Assembly (NCBI GenBank): GCA_001938485.1
Contig: MQRK01219574.1
Location: 1 to 64,000 of the forward strand
DNA length: 64,000 nt
Source of the DNA: Girardia tigrina
Lineage: Eukaryota
Reading direction: 5' to 3'
The notes beneath the pieces were generated by a model, which saw nothing but the letters and a program-made list of their open reading frames with translations, was not told the origin of the DNA and did not search any database. The translations under genes and the position numbers were made by a program. This document shows, piece by piece, positions 51,739-64,000 of the stretch; the first letter of the stretch is position 1; the number at the start of each line of letters is the position of its first letter.

Positions 51739-52219
51739 AATCACTATTAAATAATAATAAATTTATTATTAAATAATATTAATACTGTTAAATAATAATA
51801 AATTTAAATATTGCTTAAATAAAATATTTTGGTATTTTAAATTCATCAAGTGTATTAAAAATCGTAACCTGTATTTCAAATAATAAAAATTGTATTTTAA
51901 ATTTAAATATTGATAATAAATAATACGTTAAACTCTTTTGTTTGGTTAAAATAAATTTTGATTTTATACTGATTTTAAATTAAATTTTATCAAATAATAT
52001 AATACTAATCTATAAAATTAATGAAAAAAATTTTAATTTCTAAAATCGCATTTTAATAAATAGTTTATCAGTATTTATAATTCCATATTTTTATGTATAA
52101 GAAATTTGGTCGAAAGAAAACATAAAGTTCATCAAGAAAAAATGTTTAAATAATTGTTATTTGTATTATTAATAAATTTTTGGTGTTAATGATTTCTAAT
52201 ATTGATCAAGAACCCAACA
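51739..52219. mobile_element. Right part of a solo-LTR-like element (family of 12889-13606); left end in or before the gap 51689-51738
   Basis: Ends ggtgttaatgattt...tcaagaacccaaca, matching gtgttcatgatttt..gcaagaacccaata at 13577-13606. Confidence 0.45.
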
Positions 52220-55015
52220 TATTGTTTCATCAAATATTTAATTATATCGTGTAAAAACAGCAGGACAAGACACTACAGGTACAACATATCATATGTCAAT
52301 AAATAAATAAAATAAAAAAAGTATAAAGATAAATTATTTGCAAATTAATCTTGGACCGTAAATATCATAAGTTATTTTTTACATTTATTTTGGTATTGTA
52401 ATTCAAATGGGATTTTCGGTATTGATTTTACATTCAATATAATAGTATTATATATTAGCACCATTGTTCAGTGCAAGTCTTAAAATTGTTTAAAAGTCAC
52501 ATAAGTCAAATCTGAAAATTTGAGATTCGAAAATTCCTGGTTACGATTGACAGGGAAATATCTTTTCAAAGAATTAAGATAAAAGAGAAACTCTTAACAA
52601 TGTTACACGAGTTTCCGAATTTTACCTCATGTGCACTTTGCAGTAACGTTTTATAAGTGATTTTATCATAGAAGATGGATATTTTATTTGAACTTCTTTT
52701 TATGATCAAGTACGGAAAAGTATCAATGTTAAGATACTTATATATTTTTGTCAAACAAGCTTCCAATAAGATTCTATAACCATTGCGGCGTGATGTAAGG
52801 CGAAAGAAGAATTTTTGAAGTCGTCAATCACCTCAATATAGATACATATTAGATTCTTATAAGGAAATACAGATAACTTTTTATAGACTAAATAATTTAT
52901 TGGTGTAAATAAAATGTTATTTAGGAAACATGTGTGTGTATAACATAGAGCTGGGGTCGAAATGTCTGGTACCAAGCTGTAACGTCTTCTATATTTGTGT
53001 TGTTTATTCATGGTTTTCTACCTTCAGATTTTATTTGTTGAAATTGAGACTTTTGTTTGTGCTTAGCAGCTAAACATTTCTGTGGTGTATCTTTATGCAA
53101 GATGCTTGGCGATAAATGTACTAAATCTGTTAGTCTTTTGAAGACAGCACCTACAACCATCGGATTCAAGATTCCTTGAAGATTGAGGAATATTCAGGTG
53201 ATATAATGATTTTAGTGTTAATGTTTTAGGATATTCCTAAATTTTTCATCATCAAGTGTAGCTTAATCACTTCTTACATGAGATGATCAGAATATGGTTG
53301 ATACACAATGAATTACATGATAATCAATTTGTCATCATTGCGAATATGTCTGGAATCTGGTACTACATGATCGTATTTTTCACAGTTTCTCTAAAACTGC
53401 TTTTATTTCACACTGAAGCTGATCGGATCTGTGCCACTTGACAGAATCCGATATTTTACAGTGCAATAATTGATGTCATTCGTGTTATTGTAAACTATAA
53501 ATAAAGTGATAAAGATGTAAGAATAAAGGGCAGACTAAAGGCTCATATAACACCTAATAAGATAATAAGTATTATAATAATTTCTTATCCGTTTGACATA
53601 TACAAAGTCTACGCTATTCATGCAATCATATATAAAGTTTGTGTTTTAAACCGGTACTCTTTGAGACCTCAGAGATCTTCACAGTCATAAATAGATCTAA
53701 ATAATATCCTGAATTTTTACAGTTGGTTGTACTCTTAAACGATTTGGAGTATTAAATCATAAAAGGCAAACAAATTGAAGCTAGAAATATTCGAAAAAAT
53801 GATAATCACATAACGCTAAAAGTGAACTTAATAAAAATGGAAGTTAAGCCTGAGTCGTCAGAACAAAACAAGTTGCAGTAAATCGATCTGATTGAAAGAA
53901 AATAAGAGGAAGAAGACGGACTGTAATCAAGAGCAAAAGAATTCAAAATAATCTTTTCAGCACTTATAATAAATTTTCTGACAAAAGCAAAATACTGGCA
54001 ATGTGAATGTGTTACGAGTACAAAAGGAAATATGTACGAAGAATAAAATTGCTGCCGCAGTATGATATAAGGCACAATATGCATTAAGAGGAATCTGTTT
54101 AGATCAATACACTAGAGCGAGTATCAGGAAACATAAAAAACTCAACGAGCCATTCTGTATTGGAAGTAAAAGATACGCGATAGATGTCAGCAGATCTACT
54201 GGTCTTGAATTCATCATCATGCTGTGACACGGGTATTCAATGTGTAACAAAATTAGCATTCCTGTTTTTTTCAGAATGAAAAGTACACATAACAAGAAAT
54301 TAAAATTGAATATTATTTTTATGAATATAATTTTAACATCTTTCTTATAATCTGGAACAAGTGTATGTTTTATGTATTGTCTATTGATATTCTATAAATC
54401 CTTTTTACTTAAAATTTCAGAAGGAATGTTCAACGGAACCTGAGATATGTTGAGATGCAATCTCAGGACAATCGATAAGTGATAACATTATATACAGACC
54501 AATTTCCGTGGTTTATTTTTATAATTTTGAAGACTTTCAACGAAATCAAGAGTCAAGAACAATATAGATAATGTAATAAAGATGCTACATTGATCATCTT
54601 GATCAGTTGAAATAAATAAGAGGCATAAAATACTGATTGTAGATAAACGAAATAAAAAAATTAATAGTAACTCATGGAAAATAAGTTTCAAATAAAATAT
54701 TGTCGTGGATGTTTGGGAATGAGAACTAGTGAAAATAAATAACCTGTTTAATAAACTAAAATAAATTATCTTTGAAATAAATAAATTACTGGCGATAAAA
54801 TCACATCTAAAGAATTAAACAAATTTTTCACAGATGAATTATCGGAATATTGAGTCACGATAATTCGTTCTAATGTATTTGTTTGCAGATCCGATTTAAA
54901 TTCATAGTCGATACCCGTTTAGGAGGAGGCTCATGTCGCTGCATCGGAGATCGTAGGACCTAAATCTCATCTTATCTCTCCGATGAAATTGTTAATGATT
55001 CTTATCTCGATGATA

Positions 55016-55775
55016 TTAGGTCGATGCATAAGTTTCCGATCTTTGATAAAAAACGGGATATACTTCTTTAATTGTCCACAAAATCCACGTGTTTATCTTT
55101 TTTATTATTCTGGAAATGGATACCAAAAAATAACATACGCCACTGTATATTATTTATGCTTAATTTTGGTAAAAAGATGTAGCAAGCAAAGGACGAAATT
55201 TACCAGGCATATGGTACAGGTTTTGTAGGCCTTACAATGATCAAATAATAGTACACCAAGTTCAAGAAGGGCGAATTCAACCTGGAGGACCGGTCACGAA
55301 GTTGTAGACCCAAAGAAATGGTGGACGAAGAGCTTCTGGTTCTCTTAGAAGAGGATGATGGATAGTCAACCCGTGAACTGGCCAAGCGCGTCAACGTTAA
55401 CCACTCGACAGTCCTACGGTGTCTGAAAGCTCCAGCAAAGGTGCAGAAAGCAACAAGATTGGTCTTACATGCTCTCTCTTCCAGAAACAAGGACGATAGG
55501 ATGAATATCACCATGGCTCACCTCATCCACCACAGAAGAAAATCATTTTTATGAAGAATCATCACTGGGACGAGAAATGGGTGTATTATGATAACCCAGA
55601 ACGAAAGAGGAATGGGTAGACCCCGGAACTCCATCAACATCCACCCTAAAACACAATATTCATAGCAAGAAGATCCTTCTGTGTATGTAGTGGGATATGA
55701 AGGGCCCTCTTTATTATGAGCTTTTTGAAACCGAGCAAACAGTTACCGCACAAAGCTATTGTGATCAGCTAAGGC
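55016..55775 (+). pseudogene. mariner 5' half (TIR, HTH, first catalytic Asp), truncated by a LINE
   Basis: TA|TTAGGTCG... TIR-like start; HIRHCIL, KFKKGEFNLEDRSRSCRP, RELAKRVNVNHSTV, ITGTRNG/DEKWVYYDN and YYELFET motifs. Confidence 0.85.
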
Positions 55776-55799
55776 CTGAGTGTGAAAAATATTACTAAC

Positions 55800-57890
55800 T
55801 TACCGCAGCGGGTACTGATGGAATACAAATGGGGTGGTACAGAATTATGTAGGAAAGTTTGTGATTGTTTTAGTAATATATGGACAGGCTCCAAAGTATT
55901 TCCTGTAACATGGAGCGAAGCAAGAGTCATAATTCTGTACAAAGGTAATTAATAATCCACACAAGAGTTGAACAATTATCGAGGAATCTTTCTACTAGAG
56001 GTGGGTGGAAAGATCCTAGCAAGAGTTATCGTAAATAGAATTCTTCCGATACTAGAAAATTGCATAAGTGATTGACAATTTGGATTCCGCAGTAACAGAG
56101 GTACAAGTTATGCGATCAGTATTCTGAGAAAACTGCAAGAAGATGAAAGGTATGGTTACAAAGATATCTTTGTGATATTCATAGATTTAGAGAAGGCCTT
56201 TGATAGTATGCCAAGGAAAATCTTATGGGCTACACTAGAGAAGATCGGAATCGGTGGAAGAATTTTAGAAATCATCAGACTATTCCATGACAACTTCGAA
56301 GGTTCTATTAGAGAGAACAAATTCATAATGAAGAAGGGTGTCGGACAGGGCTGTGTACTCGGCCCCATTCTATTCAACATAGTATTAGATCGGGCTCTGA
56401 AAATTGCTTCAGAAAAAGGAATGAAGGGGGTAGTTCACTTGAAACACGGCAAGGGAACGATTCAACTTAACCATCTAGCATATATGGACGATTTATACCT
56501 GTTGGATCAAGACTACAACAGCTTATTGGCTAATTTGGATATTTTGAACAATGTTCACTTCAATTGGGCTAAAGATCAATGTCGCAAAAACGAAGATAAT
56601 GAATCTCAATGGACCAAAGGCGAGATCTGCAGCAAAGAAAGACGATATGAAAATCGACTGGGTATCTGAATTTAACTATCCTGGATCCCAGGTCTCTACG
56701 GAAGGTACATGTGAATTAGATGTAAGGGAAAGGATTAAGAAAGGGCGCGCAAGACTCAGAGAAATTACTGCGGTAGTCAAGAGTAATCTACTTCCGATCC
56801 GAAGCAAGAAAGCTATCATTGAAAGCTGCATCTTTCCAATGGTGTACTATGGTTCAGAAAACTGGCGAACTAATGAAGCTCTGATAAAGAAATTAGAAAC
56901 ATTACACAATATGTGCATGAGAACAGCATTAGACATCGACAAAAGAGAAAATTCAGGATGGAAACAATTAGTATTGGACTTAGTCACCCAATGGAAATCG
57001 TTGCCAGAAGACGGCTCCTGTTCCACGTTCCTCTAGCAACCGGAGAAGGTCAGGAATGCGTACAAAGAATACTCTCAGGTACAATAGAGAGAGACTCAAA
57101 GATCGGAGGACGGAAAAAGCAAAAGCTATCGGAATGCCTGCGAGTCGATGTGAAATGGCTGTTCGGAGAAACAGCCAGTCTCGACAGTGTTATTACTCTG
57201 CTGCAGAGTGGTGCTCAACTCCGAATGTGAGACAGATTCGATTATCTAATTCACAATGCGAACACATCAGGAAAGAAGACCACAGACTTTCCAAAGCTAA
57301 TCAATCCAAGAATGAATACAGTTCGTTGCCATCTCGAGAACTGTAACAAAAGATTTGCAGAGCAAAAAGGACTGAATCGTCATATTCGTGAGGATCACCA
57401 GAAAATTATACCGGACGCAGAAAAGAAAGCATGTCAGTGCGAATATTGCTCAACAAGCTACTCCACTCAGGGGTGGTTAATAAGGCATTATCGGAATGAT
57501 CATTCATCAGCAAACATTCCAGAAGAAACAGTTACTAAGACTCACAGAAACGTCGCAAACCACAGAAAGAAAGGAACATCAGAGAAAATGAAGACTTACC
57601 AACAAGTACCAGCACATTTCAGGTACCAACCGTCGATGCGAGCACATCAACTGTTCCCCAAGAAGCAATCTGCTCAGAAGTACTGAGTTTCCGTCTAACA
57701 GACCAAACGGCAAAATGAAACTTCAGATGTCCCTTCACTGGCTGCTCCAAGTCCACAGAATCGGTCAAAGGAATGTTAAACCATGGAACATCCGACCATG
57801 GTTGATCATTTCTCACTAGGGGACCGAAGAGAACTCGTAAGCGGAAGGCTTACGACCCCGTAGGAGGTCTATCGGGGAGCTGCTAGATTC
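55800..57890 (+). mobile_element. RTE-clade LINE, 3' half (RT plus three C2H2 zinc fingers), decayed
   Basis: NYRGIFLL, QFGFR, FIDLEKAFDS, GVGQGCVLGPILFN, LAYMDD, GLKINVAKTK, YGSENW. Fingers CHLENC..HIREDH, CEYC..HYRNDH and CPFTGC..HGTSDH. Confidence 0.92.
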
Positions 57891-57939
57891 TTTATTTCGG
57901 TGGACCCTCTAAAGAGCCTACCGTTCAATACCATTCGAA

Positions 57940-60220
57940 AGAGATTGGAGGCCCACTAACTTTCCACCGAACATAGAAGACATACGGCTTGCCATATCAC
58001 AAATGAGTTATGGAAAGGCATCCGGTTAAAATGGGGTGATTGCGGAGTTTTTAAAATGGGGCGGACAAAACCCCGTTGACAAACTGAAGCTCGATTTTGA
58101 GATGATTTGGAACGAGAATGATCATCAGTTCCCAAAGGCTTGGATGGGTGCGAAAGTGGTAAATTTCTTCAAGGGAAAGGGTGCAAGGTCTGATCAAAAT
58201 AATTATAGAGGGATCTTCCACTTGGAAGTCACCGGCAAAGTTTTTGCACGAATAATTATAAATAGAATGACGCCGGCGATGGAAGAAAGGTTAGACCCTT
58301 GGCAGTTTGGTTTTCAGCCGAAAAGAGGTACTATGCAAGCTATAAGTATATTCAGGCGGATAGAGGAAGATGTTCGATATAAGAACCAGAAGGTATTTGT
58401 GATATTCATCGATTTGGAAAAGGCATTTGATATTGACCCACGTGAAGTTCTGTGGGGCTATCTAAAAAGATTCGGCTTGACCGACAAGATTCTCTAAGTG
58501 ATCAAGGAATTCCATAAGAACTGTATTGCCTCTGTGGGGATTGTGAGTTTATCATGGAAAGATGTGTCAGACAGGGATTTTTGATTGAACCTTGTCTTTC
58601 AACTTGATCTTCGATGAAGTTATCAAAACGGCGATACTGAAAGGATTCGAGAGAGAAATTACTCTGATCGACGAGCATGGTGACGAATTTCAAGTCAATT
58701 GACTTACTTATGCAAATGATCTATGTATCATCGACTCTGATATTGATCGTGCCTGTAAAAACCTGAATATACTTAGAAGCACATTTTCAAAATTCTGGTT
58801 GACTATTAGTGCATCTAAGACGAAAGTCATGTGCCTAACTGATGAATCGGGGACTGGAATACCGCAAGGGATGTGTGGTGACAAAGTCATAAAATGGGTG
58901 AGCAAGTTCTGTTACCTCGGCTGTATATTGACCACATTTGATGGCTGCAGTCTGGATATCGGTCAGCGGTTACTTTGTGGAATGAGTAAGTTACGAGATT
59001 TGCAGCCTGCCATTCAAAGTAACCAAGTTCTTTTAGTTATGAAAAGAAGACTAATCGAATCAAGCATTTTCCGGCAGTGTATTATGGGAGTGAATGCTGG
59101 GCAACACCTGAAAAAGGTAGCCCGGCTACAAACTTTTCATAATGCCTACACACGCACTGCTCATGGTAAAACTAAACTTGACAGAATACGTAATACGGAT
59201 ATGTCAATTGGTTTGCCCGAGGCGCATGTGGTACTGGTGAAACGGCGTATTGTATTCTTTGAGTACAATAGACGAAAAGTGTGTACGTGAAGTAAAAAGA
59301 GTATTAAACTCTGAAATGGGCTCAGGGAATAGAAAAATCAGCGTCCATAAAAAGCAGTTGATGAAAGAACGTATCACCCGCGATATATTTTGATTATTCG
59401 AAGGGCAAGAAGATCTATTCGAACATCAAAAATGCTTGAATGAGAGAAGAATTCTCAAAAGTGACAAGAAATTCAAACACCTTATCAAAGGAACTCTGCC
59501 TGAAAAACTGACAGAAGTGATTGAACAAGGAAAAGAGTACCCGAAAATGCTCCAGTCGCGTATCAAAACAATGTGATGCATGTATCCTTCTTGTTTCAAA
59601 GCTTTTGCGGAACAAAAGGAACTAAGTAGACAAATTAAAAACGTGCATACAGTCACCATGCCACAGCGTCCGATAGGTGAAAAACCTTTCAAACGTCACA
59701 TAGAAAATTGTTACAAGACATATAAAACGGATTGACGGTTAAAGAGACATTTAATAATCGATCACCAAACCCAAGGCAGTACCAGTGACACTAGTGCTTC
59801 ACAAAATAACGTAAATGAAAGATGTACCAAATCTTCGAACCCGATCACGATGCATGATGCTCCAGTGTCCCTCGAAGGTACCGCGGGGACGGACTTAGGA
59901 GTGATTCCAAGTGTGGTTCTCGACTTTTGGTTAAATAATACAAATGATGTGGGGATATTTCGGTGTCCCTTTACTCATTGTATGAAATGTGTTTATCAAA
60001 CCAAAGTTCTTCAGAATCACGGTACAAGGGATCATGACTGGTCCGTTCTGACTGGGAAACTAAAGCCTGCCCGTGCACTGAAAGCTCGTATTCTAGCATC
60101 TAAAGCCGTGTGAGAAAGGCAGTAGGCTCTGTATTTTCTATTTTTGGTTTCTACCCGATACAGAATCTTTGACTCACTACCCTGTTTGCTAATGCTGGTA
60201 CTGTAGTCTCTATATGAACA
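57940..60220 (+). mobile_element. Second RTE-clade LINE subfamily, 3' half (RT plus three C2H2 fingers), decayed
   Basis: NYRGIFHL, WQFGFQPKRGT, FIDLEKAFD, LTYAND, ISASKTK, FCYLG. Fingers CMYPSC..QIKNVH, GEKPFKRHIENC..HLIIDH and CPFTHC..HGTRDH. Confidence 0.92.
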
Positions 60221-60249
60221 AGTCATCAGAAACAGGAAGTAGTGAATTA

Positions 60250-60415
60250 ATTATTGGCACAATAAACACAGAAGTCTATGTGAAGGAATGTTTGTAAAAG
60301 CGTTTATTACCATTCATAAGTCAGCACGGAGGTCTTATTTTCTTTTAGCTGGGTTTGGCATCGGGCCATTTTGGTAAGACAGCCAAGAAGTGGTACGAAG
60401 ACAATAATTTCGATT
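60250..60415 (+). pseudogene. Tc1/mariner-superfamily (ITmD37E-like) transposase fragment
   Basis: INTEVYVKECL*KRLLPFISQHGGLIFF*LGLASGHF matches the family pattern ECL.KRLLPFI..H...FWPDLAS.HY. Confidence 0.65.
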
Positions 60416-61179
60416 TAATTTATAAAATATAAAATCAATAAAATTATTTAAAAGTTACAATAATAAAAATTAAAAATTTGAATATTAAATATAAATTTGA
60501 ATGAATTAATTTCAGATCATAAGAATTAAAATATTTGTGATGATTCCAGGCTCGACTGAAGCGCCGGATTTGAATTGATAAACTGTTTATTTACATAAGG
60601 ATAAAAGTCTCCACACATTTGACTCCTAGCTCCAGGAAACCATTCGGCAAAAATCAGCCTGGTGTCAAACACTTGAAATCATATCGTGGTCGACAAATCC
60701 GCTGTTTCGGCGAATGCCAATTGATCGAAAACGACGTCGGACCGACAACGACGTGCCACCAAAAACGAACTGAAAACCACTGCGAATGCAACGGTCGCTA
60801 AAACGGCTGCAAAGGAAACAAAAAAAATACGATCTTCCGACAATTAAATTCAATCATGATCAAAACATCAAAACATCATGGTCAAGCATCAAAAAAAAAA
60901 CGAAATTTCGCCAAAATTTTTATTTGTGTTGATTAAAAAAAAATTCCAATAAAAACAATTAACATTTCTTTCTACACAATTTAATTAATTTTTACTTATA
61001 AAATCATTTTTCCTTTTTTCATTAAAAAATAAAACTGTTTTCTTTACAAATAATTAACTTTTTACAAAAACTTTGTACAATATTTTTACGATAGATATAA
61101 TTGTTGTGGTACACAACAATATTAATCATTCATTTGATTAGGAGAGGCACAATCTCAAATCAGCACACAACATTTACCT

Positions 61180-61711
61180 GCAAACACTACACCAAAACAT
61201 CAACAAACCCAATATTCCTTACAGTATCGGCGACGAAAAATATGATTTTAGCTCTTAGATGGGATGTTCTACCGCTTCCGCTTTATTTACCGGACTTGGC
61301 TCCAACAAATTTTCATGTATTTCGGTCTCTCTAATATTATCTCGCTGGAAAACATTTCAAAACACGCGATGAAGTCAAGAAGTGCATAGATGACTTCATT
61401 GATTCAAAAGATGAAAACTTTTTCACCAAAGACATATATTTATTGCCACAAAGATGGCAAAATACCATAAATACCAATTGCCGTATTTTTTCCGACTTTC
61501 AAATTTGCAAATTGCCTTAGCGGCATCTCATGTTGTCAAGCCTTTCTTCCAATAGTGACGCAACAACACATGGATTTCAAACTTTGTAATCTAGTAGTCT
61601 ATATAATGCTATAAATAAATCGATATGAATCAATATCAAATAAATAATGCCAAAAAGAAATTTGAAAAAATTGTATTTTCATTATTGACCGGGAACTTTT
61701 AGGACAACCTA
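61180..61711 (+). pseudogene. mariner 3' half with TIR
   Basis: WDVLPLPLYLPDLAPTNFHVFRSL and LPQRWQ. Ends GGGAACTTTTAGGACAACCTAA|TA. Confidence 0.85.
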
Positions 61712-61713
61712 AT

Positions 61714-62950
61714 AAGGAGAGAATCGAACAGATTGCCTCACTCGTGTGCCCACTGACTGCATAACAGTGGAAAAAGAGTACCCGGATGGGGCAGCTCTAG
61801 CGATGAAGGAAAAGCATGAGCCGATAGATAGTTTGGAGGTGCCTCATGCTATCCCCTACTTTTGGTTGAGATGGATGACGTAGTGACGAGGAAAATTTAG
61901 GGTTCAGGGCGCATAACTGAGAGACAGGTGCATGCAGTGGTGAAAGGATGCCTTTTGTGTGCATCGATCGATCCGTCACCGGTAAAGAGGAAGAAAGGCG
62001 AAGAGAAGGCAGCGACTCGCTATGGACGTGACACACACATCCGAGGGAAATAACATGACACTGGCTGATGGTGAGCCACGCAGGTTCTCGGTTTGAAGGG
62101 GGATTGCTTCATAATGCGAACGAGATTTACGTGTCACTCTGAAAGCAGTGTTCATGAATTTGGTCCACCACGAGAGCTTCTATGAAATAATTTCACAACT
62201 CATTGCAGAGTGGCAATCCGACGATTTTAGTCAGAAATGGGGTTCTAAATGCGGCTTCGGTGCGCAACTCAACCCAGCGGAAACGGTATCGTCGAACTCT
62301 GCCATCGGATAATCAAACGAATGGTAGTGCGGAGTGCGAAGTCGGTCCACAATATGATATATGGATTTTGAAGGGCGTTATTACGGCGTTCACGGTAATT
62401 GCACAACGGCGGCCACTACCGGTACTGACCGATTTTGCCCACCAGTTCTCAAGGGACAGAGGAGTTTTGCAGATAAGGGAACTACGAGTAGGAGACGACC
62501 TGTTCATGAAACCAGCGAATGTGACGCGCACGACTAAATGGAGACAAACAGTCCTGAGCGGATTTCAACCAACCGAATCAAGTCAAGATTGATGGGGTGC
62601 CGTTCAACATGTCGCACATCAATAATGCCAACGGGGACTATCAAATTCGCGAGCAGTCTTCGGATCGACGAATGCAGGCGACTGCAATGAAAGCTCGGAC
62701 CAGGAGGACAAGCAGACAAGGAATAGAATAACGGATGCCGTTGAAAGCAGTCAGACTCAATCCGATGAGGTGCGAAAACCGAGATTACTTGTGCACAATA
62801 GTGACAGCACCAGACAAGAGCGTGACTCTACAGTGCACAGACGGCGTATGGGTTTGTGCCTTGAAGGCAAGTGAGAATGTAGTGGAAATGTCAGAAAGTT
62901 GTTTGAATGAACAGAATTCGGAAATCATTGGAAACATTTATTGTAGTTAA
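61714..62950 (+). pseudogene. Ty3/gypsy integrase region, decayed
   Basis: VVKGCLLCASIDPSPV, RLAMDVTH, FGPPRELL, RCATQPSGNGIVELCHRIIKR and RVGDDLFMKP...TTKW...IDGVP. GC is much higher than the flanks. Confidence 0.85.
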
Positions 62951-64000
62951 ATAAATTGTTTTTACGATATTCTCATTTACAGTTTTCTTAGTTCGTATGA
63001 CTTGAACCACAAGATTTTAGATAGTAATGTATATTTTACTTGCTCCAAATGTGTTAGGTTTTGATTTTTTTTGTTCATTTTAATATAGTTTGCAGACTGT
63101 TTCATTTGAGCAAATATCAGTCTAGTTTGTCTGTCGCTTTTGATAAACTGAAATTTTCATCAATGTGACCATTTGAATTTGACAGTAAAACCATGAATAT
63201 AACTTTTCTCTCGATTAGTTATTCTTCTCCAGATGTTGTGTCGTTGTTCCATCTAAACTTCACCAAAAATATTGATAATTTTCATTTTAGATTTATTGCA
63301 ATCAACTAAACAAATCACTAGAATTATTCAACTTAAAATTATTTGTCAGACTTCAATATTTTAGAATTATGTTTACAAACATCAAACAAAATTTATAGGA
63401 AATATCCTTTGAAGTTCCCAACCGAATCTGGATAATATAAATCCCCAAATGATTAATTGTGACAAACATGTGATTAACAATAATTTGAAAAAAATTGCAT
63501 TTGTTTTTATTTTCAAAAAAACACTATTATTATTAAAGTCTTTTAGTATTTCTTTTTGTCTTCTATTGTCTATTTTTTTAAATCTTTTTTGTTACCATAT
63601 TCATCCGTGTGAACACTGCATCATGGTCCTGATCACCAGTTGTTCATGTCTCCAAAGCTCTGCCCATTTTTATGATTGAAAAAATCTTGATTAGGTTAAC
63701 GTTTACTTTAAATCATTAAATTTTATAAGGCCAGTAGAAAATTGGACAAAGGGAGCTATGAGTAGAGCACAGTCAGAACAAACATGAATAATATACACCT
63801 ACTTTATAATAATGTTTGACAGGATCTCTCATTCAGTGGCGTGGCATTGAATGCAACTACTGCACCAAAAATTAGCTAAAATACGCGTCGATCAAATTGA
63901 ATGATAGATTAAGGGGTAAGTGTTTGACTGTGAAAGCTCGCAGCGTTAGATGAAATTTCATACCTATAATATAAAGGCCAAAGAAAAAGTCAGACGGGTT

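Noticed and set aside
52560-54300. Coding-like stretches
   Set aside because: Too many stops and no recognisable motif, so no product could be assigned.
55016-61711. One mariner split by nested LINEs
   Set aside because: The two TIR-like ends match only about 70% and unrelated fragments intervene. It is possible but unsupported, so the halves are listed separately.
61714-62950. GC-rich segment as a viral glycoprotein or horizontally acquired gene
   Set aside because: Frame-corrected translation gives gypsy integrase motifs.
1-64000. Alternative genetic code (stop-codon reassignment) to explain the many in-frame stops
   Set aside because: Interruptions include TAA, TAG and TGA along with frameshifts, which fits neutral decay. 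The intact RING gene reads normally in the standard code.
63000-64000. Possible exons at the right edge
   Set aside because: No consistent spliced frame or recognisable domain.

Overview
Very AT-rich eukaryotic nuclear DNA with short GT-AG introns (about 45-65 nt), (TA)n/(AAT)n microsatellites and three 50-N assembly gaps. No prokaryotic features, rRNA, tRNA or CRISPR are visible, and the organism cannot be named from this window. The window is mostly a nested transposon and pseudogene graveyard. It holds mariner/Tc1, hAT-like and MULE relics, many MITEs, a non-autonomous Helitron, solo LTRs, Ty3/gypsy gag and integrase relics, Penelope-like elements with minimal hammerhead ribozymes, and an RTE-clade LINE family with C-terminal C2H2 zinc fingers. 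Only two host genes look plausibly intact: a two-exon BIR-less IAP-like RING protein (44397-44978) and a putative single-pass membrane protein (4895-5608). The best leads are a -1 frameshift cassette at the gypsy gag/pol junction, the zinc-finger RTE family with a candidate HDV-like ribozyme, an importin/mitochondrial-carrier chimeric pseudogene, a decayed ORF with tandem winged-helix-like repeats, and an inverted gene pair whose arms give reciprocal empty sites for a MITE and a Helitron. All family calls come from motif recognition by eye; no searches were run.
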